Positions 21,544 through 35,178 of a stretch of 64,000 nt of DNA are shown in pieces. A model generated the notes under the pieces. That model saw nothing but the letters and a program-made list of their open reading frames with translations. It was not told the origin of the DNA and ran no database searches. Positions within the stretch are counted from its first letter, which is position 1. The number at the start of each line of letters is the position of its first letter. Where the stretch lies: positions 3,638 through 67,637 of the forward strand of contig JAJYLW010000008.1 of the NCBI GenBank assembly GCA_021787475.1. The letters run 5' to 3'. A program made the position numbers and the translations under genes. The DNA is from Actinomycetes bacterium. Lineage in GTDB: Bacteria > Actinomycetota > Thermoleophilia > BMS3ABIN01.

Positions 21544-24500
21544 CTATTCTTCTTCAGCTTCTTCTTCAGCACCGGACGCCCCCACTGCCAGCATCGCCAA
21601 CTCTTCCGGCTTGACAGCGGGATAGATCTCAATCGTGCGGTACTTCCTCAGGCCGGTCGAGGCGGGAATCAGCTTGCCGATAATGACATTTTCCTTAAGC
21701 CCCTGCAAATGATCGACTTTGCCCTCGATGGCTGCGTCAGTAAGCACTTTGGTCGTCTCCTGGAACGATGCCGCCGACAAGAAACTCTCCGTGGCCAGCG
21801 ACGCCTTGGTGATACCGAGGATGGCCTGCTCCGCCACTGCGGGCTCGCCTTTTTCCTTGACAGCCTGCTCATTTATCTTCTTGAGCTGAACCTTGTCAAC
21901 CAGTTGACCCGGAAGCAGGTCGGTGTCGCCACGCGACTCGACCCGCAGGCGCTTCATCATCTGGCGCGCCACCAACTCGATATGCTTGTCGTTGATGTCA
22001 ACCCCCTGGCGGCGGTAGACATCCTGAACCTCACTGACCAGGTACAGCTCGGTGGCGGTGTCGCCGCGCACAGTAATCAGGTCGCCGGGGTAAAGCGAGC
22101 CTTCCGATAACTGCATTCCCTGCTCGATTTTGTCGCCGTCCTTGACAAACAGGCGTGTGTGCCGGGGGAAACTGTAACTCTTTTCCTCCCCCTTGGCGCC
22201 CTGGATGACAACCTTGAGACTCTTGTCGGTGTCTACGATCTCCACCTTGCCGCCGATCTCGGCGATCTTCGCCTGCCCCTTGGGCTTGCGCGCCTCGAAC
22301 AGCTCAACCACGCGGGGCAAGCCGTGGGTGATGTCCTCGCCGGCAATGCCGCCCCGGTGGAAGGTGCGCATCGTCAGCTGCGTGCCCGGCTCGCCAATCG
22401 ACTGGGCGGCGATAATGCCGACCGCATCTCCCAGTTCGGCCATCTCGCCGGAGGCGAGGTTACGGCCATAGCAGGCGGCGCAGACCCCGACTTCGGATTG
22501 GCACTTTAGCACGGAGCGGACCGGCACCATGAACCCGGGCTTGGACCCGTGCACCGCGTCAATGTCGGCAATGACGTCGTCAGTAAGATGGGTTCCTTTT
22601 TCAGCGACTACCTGCGGCTTACGCCTCCCCGGCACGGCCCGCGCCAGCACCCGGCCAACAAGGCTGTCGTTAAGTTTTGTGCTTTTGCTCTTCTTGTCCG
22701 GCATCCGAAGGGGAAGCTCCAGGTAATCCTCGGCGCCGCAGTCTTCTTCGCGGATGATGACATCCTGGGCGACGTCCACCAGCCTGCGGGTAAGATAGCC
22801 GGAGTCCGCGGTCCGGAGCGCCGTGTCGGCCAGGCCCTTGCGGGAGCCGTGCGTGGAGATGAAGAATTCCAGCACGCTCATTCCTTCCATCAGGCTGGAC
22901 TTGACCGGACGCTCAATCGTGTCACCTTTCGGATTGAGCATCAACCCGCGCATGCCGGCCAGCTGATGCATCTGGTCAGGGTTGCCGCGGGCGCCTGAAT
23001 TAGCCATCATGAACAGTGGATTCAGCTCAAACAGGTTGTTGTCCATCGCCCGCGCGACCTCTTCCGTAGCCTCCCGCCACTTGTCAATCACCATTTCGCT
23101 GCGCTCGCTGTCGGTGATAAACCCGCGGTCATACTGCTTGTGAATTTCCTCAACCTCGGATTCGTAGCGGTCAAGAATGCTGCCCTTTTCCGGCGGCACG
23201 ACAATATCATTCTTGCCCACGGTCACGCCGGAGAGAGTGGCATGCTCAAAACCAAGCCGCTTGATAACGTCCAGCACGCTGGCTACGGTGACGGCTCCGT
23301 ACTGGTTAATCAGACCGGCGATCAGGTTTTTCATCCTCGCCTTATCAAGCGTCTCATTGAAAAACGGCCGCTTGGCCGGATCATATTCATCGCCCAGGTG
23401 CTCCGACAGCGCGGCGTCAATCTCATCGTTGAAAATGGCCCTCCCGGCGGTTGTCAATATCCTGGAGCCGTCGCGGCGGCGAAAGCGGATTACCTGCTGC
23501 AGGCCGACGCTTTTATGGTCCACTGCCCGCGCCACATCGTCGGTGGAACCAAACGCCGGCGGCGCCGGCTTCATCTTTTCAGGATCGAGATCGTTAACAT
23601 TGACCTCACAATATGTAAGCCAGTAAGTGCCCAGCACCATGTCCTGCGAAGGGACGGCCAGCGGCCGGCCATGCGCCGGCGACAGGATGTTATTAGCGGA
23701 CAGCATCAGGATGCGTGCTTCCGCCTGCGCCTCCACAGAGAGGGGAACGTGCACCGCCATCTGGTCGCCGTCGAAATCAGCGTTGAAGGCGGCGCAGACC
23801 AGCGGGTGGATCTGGATTGCCTTGCCCTCCACCAGGATCGGTTCGAATGCCTGGATGCCGAGCCGGTGCAGCGTCGGGGCGCGGTTGAGCATCACCGGAT
23901 GCTCGGAGATGACCCCTTCCAGTACATCCCAGACTTCCGGAACCATGCTCTCCACCATTTTTTTAGCAGCCTTAATGTTCTGCACCCGGTCGCGCTCAAC
24001 CAGGCGGCTCATGATAAACGGCTTGAACAGCTCCAGCGCCATCAGTTTGGGGACGCCGCACTGATGCAGCTTCAACTTCGGGCCGGCAACAATCACGGAG
24101 CGGCCGGAATAGTCAACACGTTTGCCAAGCAGGTTCTGGCGGAAGCGTCCCTGCTTGCCCTTGAGCATGTCGGAGAGCGATTTTAGGGGGCGGTTGCCCG
24201 GACCGGTAACGGCGCGGCCGCGACGGCCATTGTCAAAGAGCGCGTCCACCGCCTCCTGCAACATCCGTTTTTCGTTGTTGACAATAATCTCAGGTGCGCC
24301 CAGGTCGAGCAGCCGTTTGAGACGGTTGTTGCGGTTGATGACGCGCCGGTAAAGATCGTTAAGATCGCTGGTGGCAAAGCGGCCGCCGTCCAATTGGACC
24401 ATCGGCCGCAACTCTGGCGGGATCACCGGCACCGATTCCAGGATCATCCACTCGGGACGGTTGCCCGATCGAAGGAAAGCGTCCATTACCTTCAGCCGCT

Positions 24501-25476
24501 TCAGCGCCCGCTGCAGCTTCTGACCCTTGGAGTTGACGACGTCCTCATTCAGCGCCTCAACCTCTTTTTCCAGGTCAACCTGCTCCAGCAGCTCGCGCAC
24601 GGCTTCGGCGCCCATGCCGCCCCGGAAATAATTGCCAAAGCCAAAGGGGCTGCCGAAACGGTCCTTCAGGTCGCGGAACAGCTGCTCGTCGCCGATAATC
24701 TGCTTGACCTCGAGCTTCTGGAACTCTTCCCACAGTTTGGTCAGCCGCTCCGCCTGCTCTTCCGCATACTGCTCGTTGTCGGCGATCTCGTCGGCGATTT
24801 CCTTCTCCAGCTGAGCTTTGCGCTCGGCAGTTTCCTTCTTGGTCAGCTTGCGCAGCTTTGCCTCGGTGCCGCCATAAATGGCAAGCGATTCCGTTTCGAT
24901 CTCTTCCGGTGTTGCCTCGCCGTCAAGGACGCGCAGCCGCCGCTCGCGGGCTCCCTCCAGCTCCCTGATCCGCTCCTGCTTGTCAGCGTGCAGCTGATCA
25001 ATGGCGGCATTGACCCTCTCCTGCAGCATCTCAGTGTCGGCCGCGCGTTTCTCAAAATCGATGAAAGTAACGATTGAGCCGGCGAAGTAGAGCACTTTTT
25101 CCAATTCCTTGGGCGCAATGTCAAGCATGTATCCCATCCGCGATGGCACTCCCTTGAAAAACCAAATGTGGGACACCGGCGCCGCCAGATCGATGTGGCC
25201 CATGCGCTCGCGCCGCACCTTGGAGCGAGTCACCTCAACGCCGCAGCGCTCGCAGATGATGCCCTTGTAACGGACGCGCTTGTACTTGCCGCAGTAGCAT
25301 TCCCAATCCTTGGTGGGCCCGAAAATGCGTTCACAGAAAAGGCCGTCCTTCTCGGGCTTGAGAGTGCGGTAATTGATTGTCTCGGGTTTGGTGACCTCGC
25401 CCGACGACCAGGCCCGGATCTTCTCCGAAGACGCCAAGCCGATCCTGATAGCATCAAAGTTATTGATGTCTAGCAA
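21544..25476 (-). CDS. rpoC: DNA-directed RNA polymerase beta-prime subunit
   Basis: 1310 aa, single unsplit beta-prime. Zinc finger [20 protein letters not shown]. Catalytic NADFDGD. Ends in a short acidic tail. Confidence 0.97.
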   Translation of the reverse strand: MLDINNFDAIRIGLASSEKIRAWSSGEVTKPETINYRTLKPEKDGLFCERIFGPTKDWECYCGKYKRVRYKGIICERCGVEVTRSKVRRERMGHIDLAAPVSHIWFFKGVPSRMGYMLDIAPKELEKVLYFAGSIVTFIDFEKRAADTEMLQERVNAAIDQLHADKQERIRELEGARERRLRVLDGEATPEEIETESLAIYGGTEAKLRKLTKKETAERKAQLEKEIADEIADNEQYAEEQAERLTKLWEEFQKLEVKQIIGDEQLFRDLKDRFGSPFGFGNYFRGGMGAEAVRELLEQVDLEKEVEALNEDVVNSKGQKLQRALKRLKVMDAFLRSGNRPEWMILESVPVIPPELRPMVQLDGGRFATSDLNDLYRRVINRNNRLKRLLDLGAPEIIVNNEKRMLQEAVDALFDNGRRGRAVTGPGNRPLKSLSDMLKGKQGRFRQNLLGKRVDYSGRSVIVAGPKLKLHQCGVPKLMALELFKPFIMSRLVERDRVQNIKAAKKMVESMVPEVWDVLEGVISEHPVMLNRAPTLHRLGIQAFEPILVEGKAIQIHPLVCAAFNADFDGDQMAVHVPLSVEAQAEARILMLSANNILSPAHGRPLAVPSQDMVLGTYWLTYCEVNVNDLDPEKMKPAPPAFGSTDDVARAVDHKSVGLQQVIRFRRRDGSRILTTAGRAIFNDEIDAALSEHLGDEYDPAKRPFFNETLDKARMKNLIAGLINQYGAVTVASVLDVIKRLGFEHATLSGVTVGKNDIVVPPEKGSILDRYESEVEEIHKQYDRGFITDSERSEMVIDKWREATEEVARAMDNNLFELNPLFMMANSGARGNPDQMHQLAGMRGLMLNPKGDTIERPVKSSLMEGMSVLEFFISTHGSRKGLADTALRTADSGYLTRRLVDVAQDVIIREEDCGAEDYLELPLRMPDKKSKSTKLNDSLVGRVLARAVPGRRKPQVVAEKGTHLTDDVIADIDAVHGSKPGFMVPVRSVLKCQSEVGVCAACYGRNLASGEMAELGDAVGIIAAQSIGEPGTQLTMRTFHRGGIAGEDITHGLPRVVELFEARKPKGQAKIAEIGGKVEIVDTDKSLKVVIQGAKGEEKSYSFPRHTRLFVKDGDKIEQGMQLSEGSLYPGDLITVRGDTATELYLVSEVQDVYRRQGVDINDKHIELVARQMMKRLRVESRGDTDLLPGQLVDKVQLKKINEQAVKEKGEPAVAEQAILGITKASLATESFLSAASFQETTKVLTDAAIEGKVDHLQGLKENVIIGKLIPASTGLRKYRTIEIYPAVKPEELAMLAVGASGAEEEAEEE

Positions 25477-25536
25477 GTGATCCTCCTAGATAAGCAGATG
25501 GTGGATAAACTCATACTAGAGCCACCCGTAAATAAT

Positions 25537-29100
<3,564 letters not shown>

Positions 29101-29346
29101 TGAAATATAACATACCGGTTTATGGGAATCAAGAGGACCGGCAACCCGAACCGCCCGACCCGGTTATTTACACAACCTTATCTTATTCCCGCGGGACGTC
29201 CTTCAAAACGCTTGCCAGGGTTAATTAATTGAATCTGGACAGGGACGGCTCGGCCGCCCGGCGGCACTCGCCAGCTTTGTCAATGGTAATCCCCGAAGGA
29301 CAAAATTATTTGGCGCCGTGCCAGTATAAAAAGAGCCTAACGCATT

Positions 29347-30639
29347 CTACGGGTACGTGTAAGTAGCCCCCATGACGTCCTGGGCGCTCGCAGTCAGGGC
29401 CGCGGTCCAGGAACTGACGCCGGCCGGCACGCTGTATTTGAGCGTAACCGACGCGGATGAACCGGCCGCGATGTCGCCGCTGCCCAATGTCGCAGGCAAG
29501 GTCGTCTGCCGGGAGACGCCATTGGTGTCGCTACCAGCCGTAAGCTTCACAAGAAACGCGCTGGTGTTTCCGTTGTTGCTGACCGTCCAGGTAACTGAAA
29601 GCCGGCCGGCTTGGAAATCCGACAACGAAGCCCAGAATGAAACGGGCAAATCGAGGCTCAATGCGGGTTTCCCTGTTCCAGCCGGCGCCGTCAACGGCAG
29701 GTTGTCCTGACCGCCAAAGTCGAAGATGTAAGGAGAATCGCAGAAGCCGTCGTTATTGGCGTCGGCACAGCCCTGCGCAGCTGTGTGAAAATCATCCCAG
29801 TAGTTGCCACCCGTCGGAGCGGGCAGGTTGAAGAGGTTGCCGCTACCGCCGTTGATATAAGCCTGCGCCCACAGACTGCCCAGGATATTGTTGTGGTAGA
29901 ACTGATTGTAGTCGGAACCGCCCATATAGATGGCATAGCTGTTGGTCGAAAAGGTGTTGCCAAAGACAATGTTGTTATTGGCGCCGGTCAGAAGAATTCC
30001 GTCTCCCCAGAAATTATCGTTGGCTGTATTCCCGGATATTGTGTTTCCGTTGGAAGAGGAGCCAAGATCAATCCCGTAGGTATTATTTGAAGCGGTATTG
30101 CCCGAGACAGTGTTACTGCTGGAAGCGCTGAGGTCGATTCCGATTCCGCCATTGATGCTGTTCTCACAGACATTGTCTGAAATAGTATTATCGTCTGAAG
30201 AGTTAAGGCCAATCCCTTCCCAAAAGCCTTTTGTCGTCAAGTTCTTTATCGTTACGCCGGTTACGTCCGCAAGATAAACACCGTGCGTGTACTGCGGCGT
30301 CGTTGAGGAAGCGCTGTCTCCCATGAGCGTGTGGCCGTTGCCGTTGAGGGTGACGCCGCTGCTTTTAACGTCAATCCCGTCCGAATATGTTGTGAAAGTT
30401 ACATCGGATGTCAACGTGCAGGTCCCTGTGGAAGAATTCCAGACCCCCCAGCCATTGGCGGGAACGGCGCAGTCACCGCCGGTGCTGGTGATGGTGTAGG
30501 CCGAGTACGATGCGGTGGCGGCGCTAGCCGGCTGGCCTCCTGCCGCCAGCGTCAGTATCAGAAACACAAGAAGAATAAAAACAAAGCCTGCAGAAAATGC
30601 CAGAGTCCTCTTGCATGAAAGCCTTGCCTTAACTCCCAT
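29347..30639 (-). CDS. secreted right-handed parallel beta-helix repeat protein (NosD/pectate-lyase-like) with a C-terminal Ig/CARDB-like domain; inserted between rplL and rpoB
   Basis: I chose the start MGVKARLSCKRTLAFSAGFVFILLVFLILTLAAGGQPASAA at 30639 (signal peptide) with a purine-rich SD. The ORF is open to 30774. It has repeated NTxSGNTASNN / GIDL PbH1-like units. The C-terminal ~105 aa are homologous to the C-terminus of the protein at 54515..56929. Confidence 0.75.
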   Translation of the reverse strand: MGVKARLSCKRTLAFSAGFVFILLVFLILTLAAGGQPASAATASYSAYTITSTGGDCAVPANGWGVWNSSTGTCTLTSDVTFTTYSDGIDVKSSGVTLNGNGHTLMGDSASSTTPQYTHGVYLADVTGVTIKNLTTKGFWEGIGLNSSDDNTISDNVCENSINGGIGIDLSASSSNTVSGNTASNNTYGIDLGSSSNGNTISGNTANDNFWGDGILLTGANNNIVFGNTFSTNSYAIYMGGSDYNQFYHNNILGSLWAQAYINGGSGNLFNLPAPTGGNYWDDFHTAAQGCADANNDGFCDSPYIFDFGGQDNLPLTAPAGTGKPALSLDLPVSFWASLSDFQAGRLSVTWTVSNNGNTSAFLVKLTAGSDTNGVSRQTTLPATLGSGDIAAGSSASVTLKYSVPAGVSSWTAALTASAQDVMGATYTYP

Positions 30640-30952
30640 ATACCCTTGACCTTTCTTTTTGCGAATTTGCGCCGCCGGAGCCGGCATGAACAAACCTGCG
30701 GGGCGCTTCGGTATTTCTTCGTTCGCCAGAAAAAAAGCGGCCCGGCGAGCCCGGCCGTTGCTTGTTCCATTCAACCGTTTTTTTATTGAATGATATTTAT
30801 ACGATAATGTAAATCAGGGATTTCCCTGATATTCTCGAGGGCGGCCGGCGCAAGCGCCGGCCGCCCTCTCTCTATTCCTCTTCCAATTAGAAGACTTTAG
30901 TTTGCCTTTTTCCGGATGGGTCCATCCAGCATCCAACCCACCATCCGGTTTT

Positions 30953-31330
30953 TTACTTCACCTCGACCGTGGCCCCGACCTCTTCCAGCTTTGCCTTGAT
31001 ATCGTCAGCTTCATCCTTGGCCACTTTCTCCTTGACCGGCTTGGGGGCGCTGTCGACGACTTCCTTTGCCTCCTTCAGGCCCAGCCCGGTAACGGCGCGG
31101 ACAACCTTGATCACCTGGATTTTCTTGTCGCCAACCGCGGCAAGCACCACGTCGAACTCGGTCTTCTCCTCCTCGGCCGCCGCCGCTTCGCCGGCCGCCG
31201 CCGGGGCCGCCGCCACCGCGACCGGCGCCGCGGCGCTGACGCCGAACTCCTCTTCAAGCGCCTTCACCAACTCGGCCAACTCGGTCACATTCAATTTCTT
31301 GATTTCTTCTATCAGTGTGTCAACTGCCAT
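30953..31330 (-). CDS. rplL: 50S ribosomal protein L7/L12
   Basis: [31 protein letters not shown]... Start at the ATG at 31330 with a GGAGGG SD. The ORF-track N-extension is rejected. Confidence 0.95.
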   Translation of the reverse strand: MAVDTLIEEIKKLNVTELAELVKALEEEFGVSAAAPVAVAAAPAAAGEAAAAEEEKTEFDVVLAAVGDKKIQVIKVVRAVTGLGLKEAKEVVDSAPKPVKEKVAKDEADDIKAKLEEVGATVEVK

Positions 31331-31394
31331 CTTTCCCTCCTGATCCATTGTTTCAGGGGCGCACGGCGTGCGCCCTTCGACCACAATGCTGGAA

Positions 31395-31919
31395 TCAAGC
31401 CGCTTCCTTCTGCTCCTGAATCCTGGCAAGCGCAGTCACCAGGCCTCTGATCGGGCCGGCGCAGACGGTAGCCAAGCCTCGTATTGGTCCCATCATCACG
31501 CCAAGTAGTTGCGCCTGCAGCACATCCACTGGCGGCAGCGACGCCAGGAATTTAATTTTCTCGATGTCAATGGCAGCGCCGTCAAGGACGCCACCCTTCA
31601 ATTCCAGCGGTTTGAATTCCTTGGCGTATCTGACCAGCACTTTCGCCGGCCCGACAGCTTCCTCCTCGCAAAAGGCTATCGCCGTTGGGCCGCCCAGGAA
31701 CTGCTTGACATCGGCCAGGCCGGCAGCATCGGCTGCCCGCTCCGTCAGCGTATTCTTAACTACTTTAAAACTGGCGCAACCGGCCTGTCGCAACTGCTGG
31801 CGCAATTCCCGCGATTGGGCCACAGTCAACCCGCGATAATCGGCCACGAGCATTGCGCTGCTTGATTTCATTTTTTCGACCAGCTCGCCCACCCGGGCCG
31901 CTTTCTCTTCTTTATTCAT
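31395..31919 (-). CDS. rplJ: 50S ribosomal protein L10
   Basis: 174 aa. [40 protein letters not shown].... Confidence 0.95.
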   Translation of the reverse strand: MNKEEKAARVGELVEKMKSSSAMLVADYRGLTVAQSRELRQQLRQAGCASFKVVKNTLTERAADAAGLADVKQFLGGPTAIAFCEEEAVGPAKVLVRYAKEFKPLELKGGVLDGAAIDIEKIKFLASLPPVDVLQAQLLGVMMGPIRGLATVCAGPIRGLVTALARIQEQKEAA

Positions 31920-32108
31920 GTATCACCTCCAAATAAAAATCTACCTCCGCAGAGGTAGACAAAAGAGAAATGCGTCATATTCTGTCACCTCGGCGGGCGG
32001 GCCGCCTTTCGGCCCATTATGCTCAGTTCGTGAAGCACCAGCTGTCTTCGGTTCAATAGTTCCGAGTTCCAAGTTCAAAGTCATTTTGAACCTGAATTTG
32101 GAAACTTT
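31920..32108 (-). promoter_or_regulatory. rplJ 5' leader, possible L10-leader autoregulatory element
   Basis: ~190-nt untranslated spacer between rplA and rplJ. It contains the stem TCTACCTC-CGCAG-GAGGTAGA and AGTTCC heptamer repeats. Its position matches the known L10(L12)4-binding leader. Confidence 0.3.
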
Positions 32109-32825
32109 CTATTCTTCTGTCATAAAATCCCTTGTTACGGTGGAGTCAACCGGAACACCCGGCCCCATACTGGTTGCCATAACAACGCTTTTCATGTAGC
32201 GCCCTTTGGCGGCCGCCGGCTTGGCCCGGATAAGCTCATCAATCACAGCGCCATAATTTTCCAACAGATCTGCTTCCGTAAACGAAACCTTACCGATGGC
32301 AAGGTGGACTATGCCGGTGCGGTCGGTGCGAAACTCTATCTTGCCCGCCTTGGCATCCTTCACCGCCATGCCAATGTCAAAAGTTACCGTGCCGGCCTTA
32401 GGATTAGGCATCAGGCCGCGCGGGCCCAGCGCCCTGCCCAGCCGGCCGACCACCCGCATCAGGTCGGGAGTGGCAATGGCTACATCGAAATCAAACCAGC
32501 CGCTTTCGATTTTCTTGGCCAATTCTTCGCCGCCAACGAAATCGGCGCCGGCGTCCTTGGCCTCTTTTTCTTTCTCACCTTCAGCAAAGACGGCTACCCG
32601 CACTTCCTTGCCTGTTCCCTTGGGTAGCATCAGCGTTCCCCGGATCATTTGATCAGCCTTGCGCGGGTCAACACCAAGCCGGAAATGAACCTCGACCGTC
32701 TCATCAAAATTGGCAGGCTTGAGCGCCTTTAGCAAACACACTGCCTCCAGTGGCGAATACTGCCTGGCGCGATCGATTTGGCCCTTGTTCTCGACGGCCC
32801 TTCTGCTTATCCTCGTGGCCATCAC
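32109..32825 (-). CDS. rplA: 50S ribosomal protein L1
   Basis: 238 aa. ...[42 protein letters not shown].... Confidence 0.95.
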   Translation of the reverse strand: MMATRISRRAVENKGQIDRARQYSPLEAVCLLKALKPANFDETVEVHFRLGVDPRKADQMIRGTLMLPKGTGKEVRVAVFAEGEKEKEAKDAGADFVGGEELAKKIESGWFDFDVAIATPDLMRVVGRLGRALGPRGLMPNPKAGTVTFDIGMAVKDAKAGKIEFRTDRTGIVHLAIGKVSFTEADLLENYGAVIDELIRAKPAAAKGRYMKSVVMATSMGPGVPVDSTVTRDFMTEE

Positions 32826-33244
32826 TCCACCTCTATGCCCATACTCCGCGCCGTGCCGGCAATAATCTTGATGGCGGCTTCAACATCGTTGGCGTTCAGA
32901 TCTTTCATTTTCAATTCTGCGATTTCCCTCACCCTGGCGGCGGGAACGGCGGCAACCTTGTCCCTATTTGGCTCCCCGGAGCCTTTCTCGATGCCGGCCG
33001 CTTTTTTCAGCAGCACGGCCGCCGGCGGTGTCTTGGTAATGAAGGTAAATGAGCGGTCCTCAAACACTGTAATCTCGACAGGAATAATCGTGTCGCCTTC
33101 CTGCTGGGTCTGGGCGTTAAAGGCCTTGCAAAAATCCATGATGTTGACCCCGTGCTGACCAAGGGCTGGACCGACCGGCGGCGCCGGATTTGCCTGGCCC
33201 GCAGGGATTTGCAGCTTGATGATTGTCATTACTTTTTTAGCCAT
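32822..33244 (-). CDS. rplK: 50S ribosomal protein L11
   Basis: 140 aa. [43 protein letters not shown].... Confidence 0.95.
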   Translation of the reverse strand: MAKKVMTIIKLQIPAGQANPAPPVGPALGQHGVNIMDFCKAFNAQTQQEGDTIIPVEITVFEDRSFTFITKTPPAAVLLKKAAGIEKGSGEPNRDKVAAVPAARVREIAELKMKDLNANDVEAAIKIIAGTARSMGIEVE

Positions 33245-33336
33245 ATCAAAAAACAGTTTCTGGTTTCGAGTTTAATTTTCAGCCAGTGAACTCCGAAAGC
33301 GAAGGATACAGCAAAAAGAGACTGCGCCGCAACCTT

Positions 33337-33861
33337 TTAGACCTTTTTCACCTGCTCGAAGCTCAGCTCGACCGGCGTCTCGCGGCCAAAGATATTTACT
33401 AACACTTTCAGCTTGCTCTGGTCTTCGCTGATCTCTGCGATCTCGCCGTTGAAGTCTGACAGCGGGCCGGACATCACCCTGACCGTCTCTCCAACGCTGA
33501 ACTGGGCAATCGCTTTTGGCTTCTCTACTGTGGAGGTGTGCAAAATGCGGTCCACCTCCGGCGGGCTAAGCGGCACCGGTTTGTTGGCCGAGCCGACAAA
33601 TCCCGTCACGCCGGGCGTATTCTTCACCAGCGCCCAGGAGTCGTCGGTCATATTCATGTTCACCAGCACATATCCGGGAAAAACCCGTTTTTCCGTCTGC
33701 ACCTTATGGCCGTTCTTGGTCTCCACGACCTGCTCCGTCGGCACGACGATATCCTTGACGCTGTGCTCCTGGTTCATCGATTTGATTCGCTGCGTCAAAT
33801 TGAGCCGGACTTTGTTCTCGTGCCCGGAATATGTGTTTATGACATACCAGTTAAATGACAT
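33337..33861 (-). CDS. nusG: transcription termination/antitermination factor NusG
   Basis: 174 aa. NGN domain (WYVINTYSGHENKV) plus KOW (GETVRVMSGPLSDFNGEI). Confidence 0.95.
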   Translation of the reverse strand: MSFNWYVINTYSGHENKVRLNLTQRIKSMNQEHSVKDIVVPTEQVVETKNGHKVQTEKRVFPGYVLVNMNMTDDSWALVKNTPGVTGFVGSANKPVPLSPPEVDRILHTSTVEKPKAIAQFSVGETVRVMSGPLSDFNGEIAEISEDQSKLKVLVNIFGRETPVELSFEQVKKV

Positions 33862-33872
33862 TTAAGTTCTTT

Positions 33873-34247
33873 TTACCCCGCGAACAGGCTTATTACCTTT
33901 GAGAAGACCGCGTCCCATATGGCAATGAACGTTCCTGCGATGGTAACAGCAATCACCACGACAATCGTTGATTGAATCAACTCCTCGCGCGACGGCCAGG
34001 TGACCTTGGACAGTTCCACTCTGACTTCGCGGAAGAACTTGACGAACTTGCGCTCTTTCAGGGATTTAGGCTTGCCCGGCTTTGCCTTGACTGGTTGCGC
34101 CCTCGCCGCCAGCTTGCCCCGCAACCCGCCGGTCCTGGCTTTGCCTTTCGGCGCAGGCTTTTCTTTTTTCTTCGCCGCAGCCTTTCCGCTTTTCGCGGAA
34201 AGAGCTTCTGCTTCCTTTTTCTTTTTTAGTTTAGCCGACCTGGCCAT
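33873..34247 (-). CDS. secE: preprotein translocase subunit SecE with a Lys/Ala-rich N-terminal extension
   Basis: 124 aa. C-terminal ...FFREVRVELSKVTWPSREELIQSTIVVVIAVTIAGTFIAIWD... is the SecE TM segment. Confidence 0.9.
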   Translation of the reverse strand: MARSAKLKKKKEAEALSAKSGKAAAKKKEKPAPKGKARTGGLRGKLAARAQPVKAKPGKPKSLKERKFVKFFREVRVELSKVTWPSREELIQSTIVVVIAVTIAGTFIAIWDAVFSKVISLFAG

Positions 34248-34368
34248 AGAAAGTTCAAAGTCAGACTTCAGTTGTCGCCAACTAACTCCATCATAAAACG
34301 TTTTTTCGCTCTGCGCTCTGAGTCATGAGAAACACTCTTTGAGTTCTAGAGCGAGAGGCATGCTTTTT

Positions 34369-34445
34369 TGGCAGGGCAGGAGGGACTCGAACCCCCAACA
34401 TCCGGTTTTGGAGACCGGCGCTCTACCAGTTGGAGCTACTGCCCT
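34369..34445 (-). tRNA. tRNA-Trp (anticodon CCA)
   Basis: Minus strand AGGGCAGTAGCTCCAACTGGTAGAGCGCCGGTCTCCAAAACCGGATGTTGGGGGTTCGAGTCCCTCCTGCCCTGCCA folds as a cloverleaf. It closely resembles E. coli tRNA-Trp. Canonical position upstream of secE-nusG. Confidence 0.9.
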
Positions 34446-34508
34446 GCAGGTAGTCCACCGGCCACTCGAATTATACCCGCGCCTTACGACCTTAGCAATT
34501 AAGCCAGA

Positions 34509-34670
34509 TCAGCGCGTCTCCCGGTGCGAGGTATGCTTCCGGCACCAGGGGCAATATTTTTTCAGCTCCAGTCTGTCCCGGTTGTTGACCTTGTTCTTGG
34601 TTGTGTTGTAATTCCGCCGTTTGCACTCGGTGCAAGCCAGCGTGACCATCGGTCTTTTATCAGACGCCAT
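34509..34670 (-). CDS. rpmG: 50S ribosomal protein L33 (Cys4 zinc form)
   Basis: Hand translation gives [53 protein letters not shown], 53 aa, with the CxxC...CxxC zinc ribbon. Canonical position upstream of tRNA-Trp/secE. Not in the ORF track. Confidence 0.85.
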   Translation of the reverse strand: MASDKRPMVTLACTECKRRNYNTTKNKVNNRDRLELKKYCPWCRKHTSHRETR

Positions 34671-34690
34671 CGTTGTCCCGTTTTCAAAGC

Positions 34691-34713
34691 AATAAAAAGA
34701 CGGCCAAGCCGTC
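34691..34713 (-). terminator. rho-independent terminator at the islet boundary upstream of rpmG
   Basis: Minus strand: GACGGC-TTGG-CCGTC followed by TTTTTATTGC. Confidence 0.55.
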
Positions 34714-35178
34714 AGTCAAGAACCTATAGTAATGTACCAGAGTTGCCAGCAAGCGGCAAGGCGCCAAGCCGAACCCTGTTTTTTGGCTTCACCGGGAAGA
34801 ATCCGAAAACGCCAGAAACGGTTTGAGCTGCACCAACTAGTTAATCATGCAGTTTTGTCTGCCAGTCGAACCGCGCAAACTCGGATGCGCAAAAAGCAGC
34901 CAGTAAAATCAGGCTGCCGACAAACGCGATGCCCCGTTTTTTATTCAATCCCTACACCCCTGGCGAACTAATTAATTAACCGCTTCTTAATTGTACGCTC
35001 CTGATTCATTGATTTCTCTCAGGGAATTCCCTGAATTATTCAACGATTCTGAAACGGGATGGGGAGGGCTGGTGGCCCACTTATTACGTTATTCGAACAG
35101 CTATAAAAATGAGATTTACCTGCTAAACAGGCTGAAACAGCACCTGGAAGAGATGTATGCGTAACATAATCAATAACA

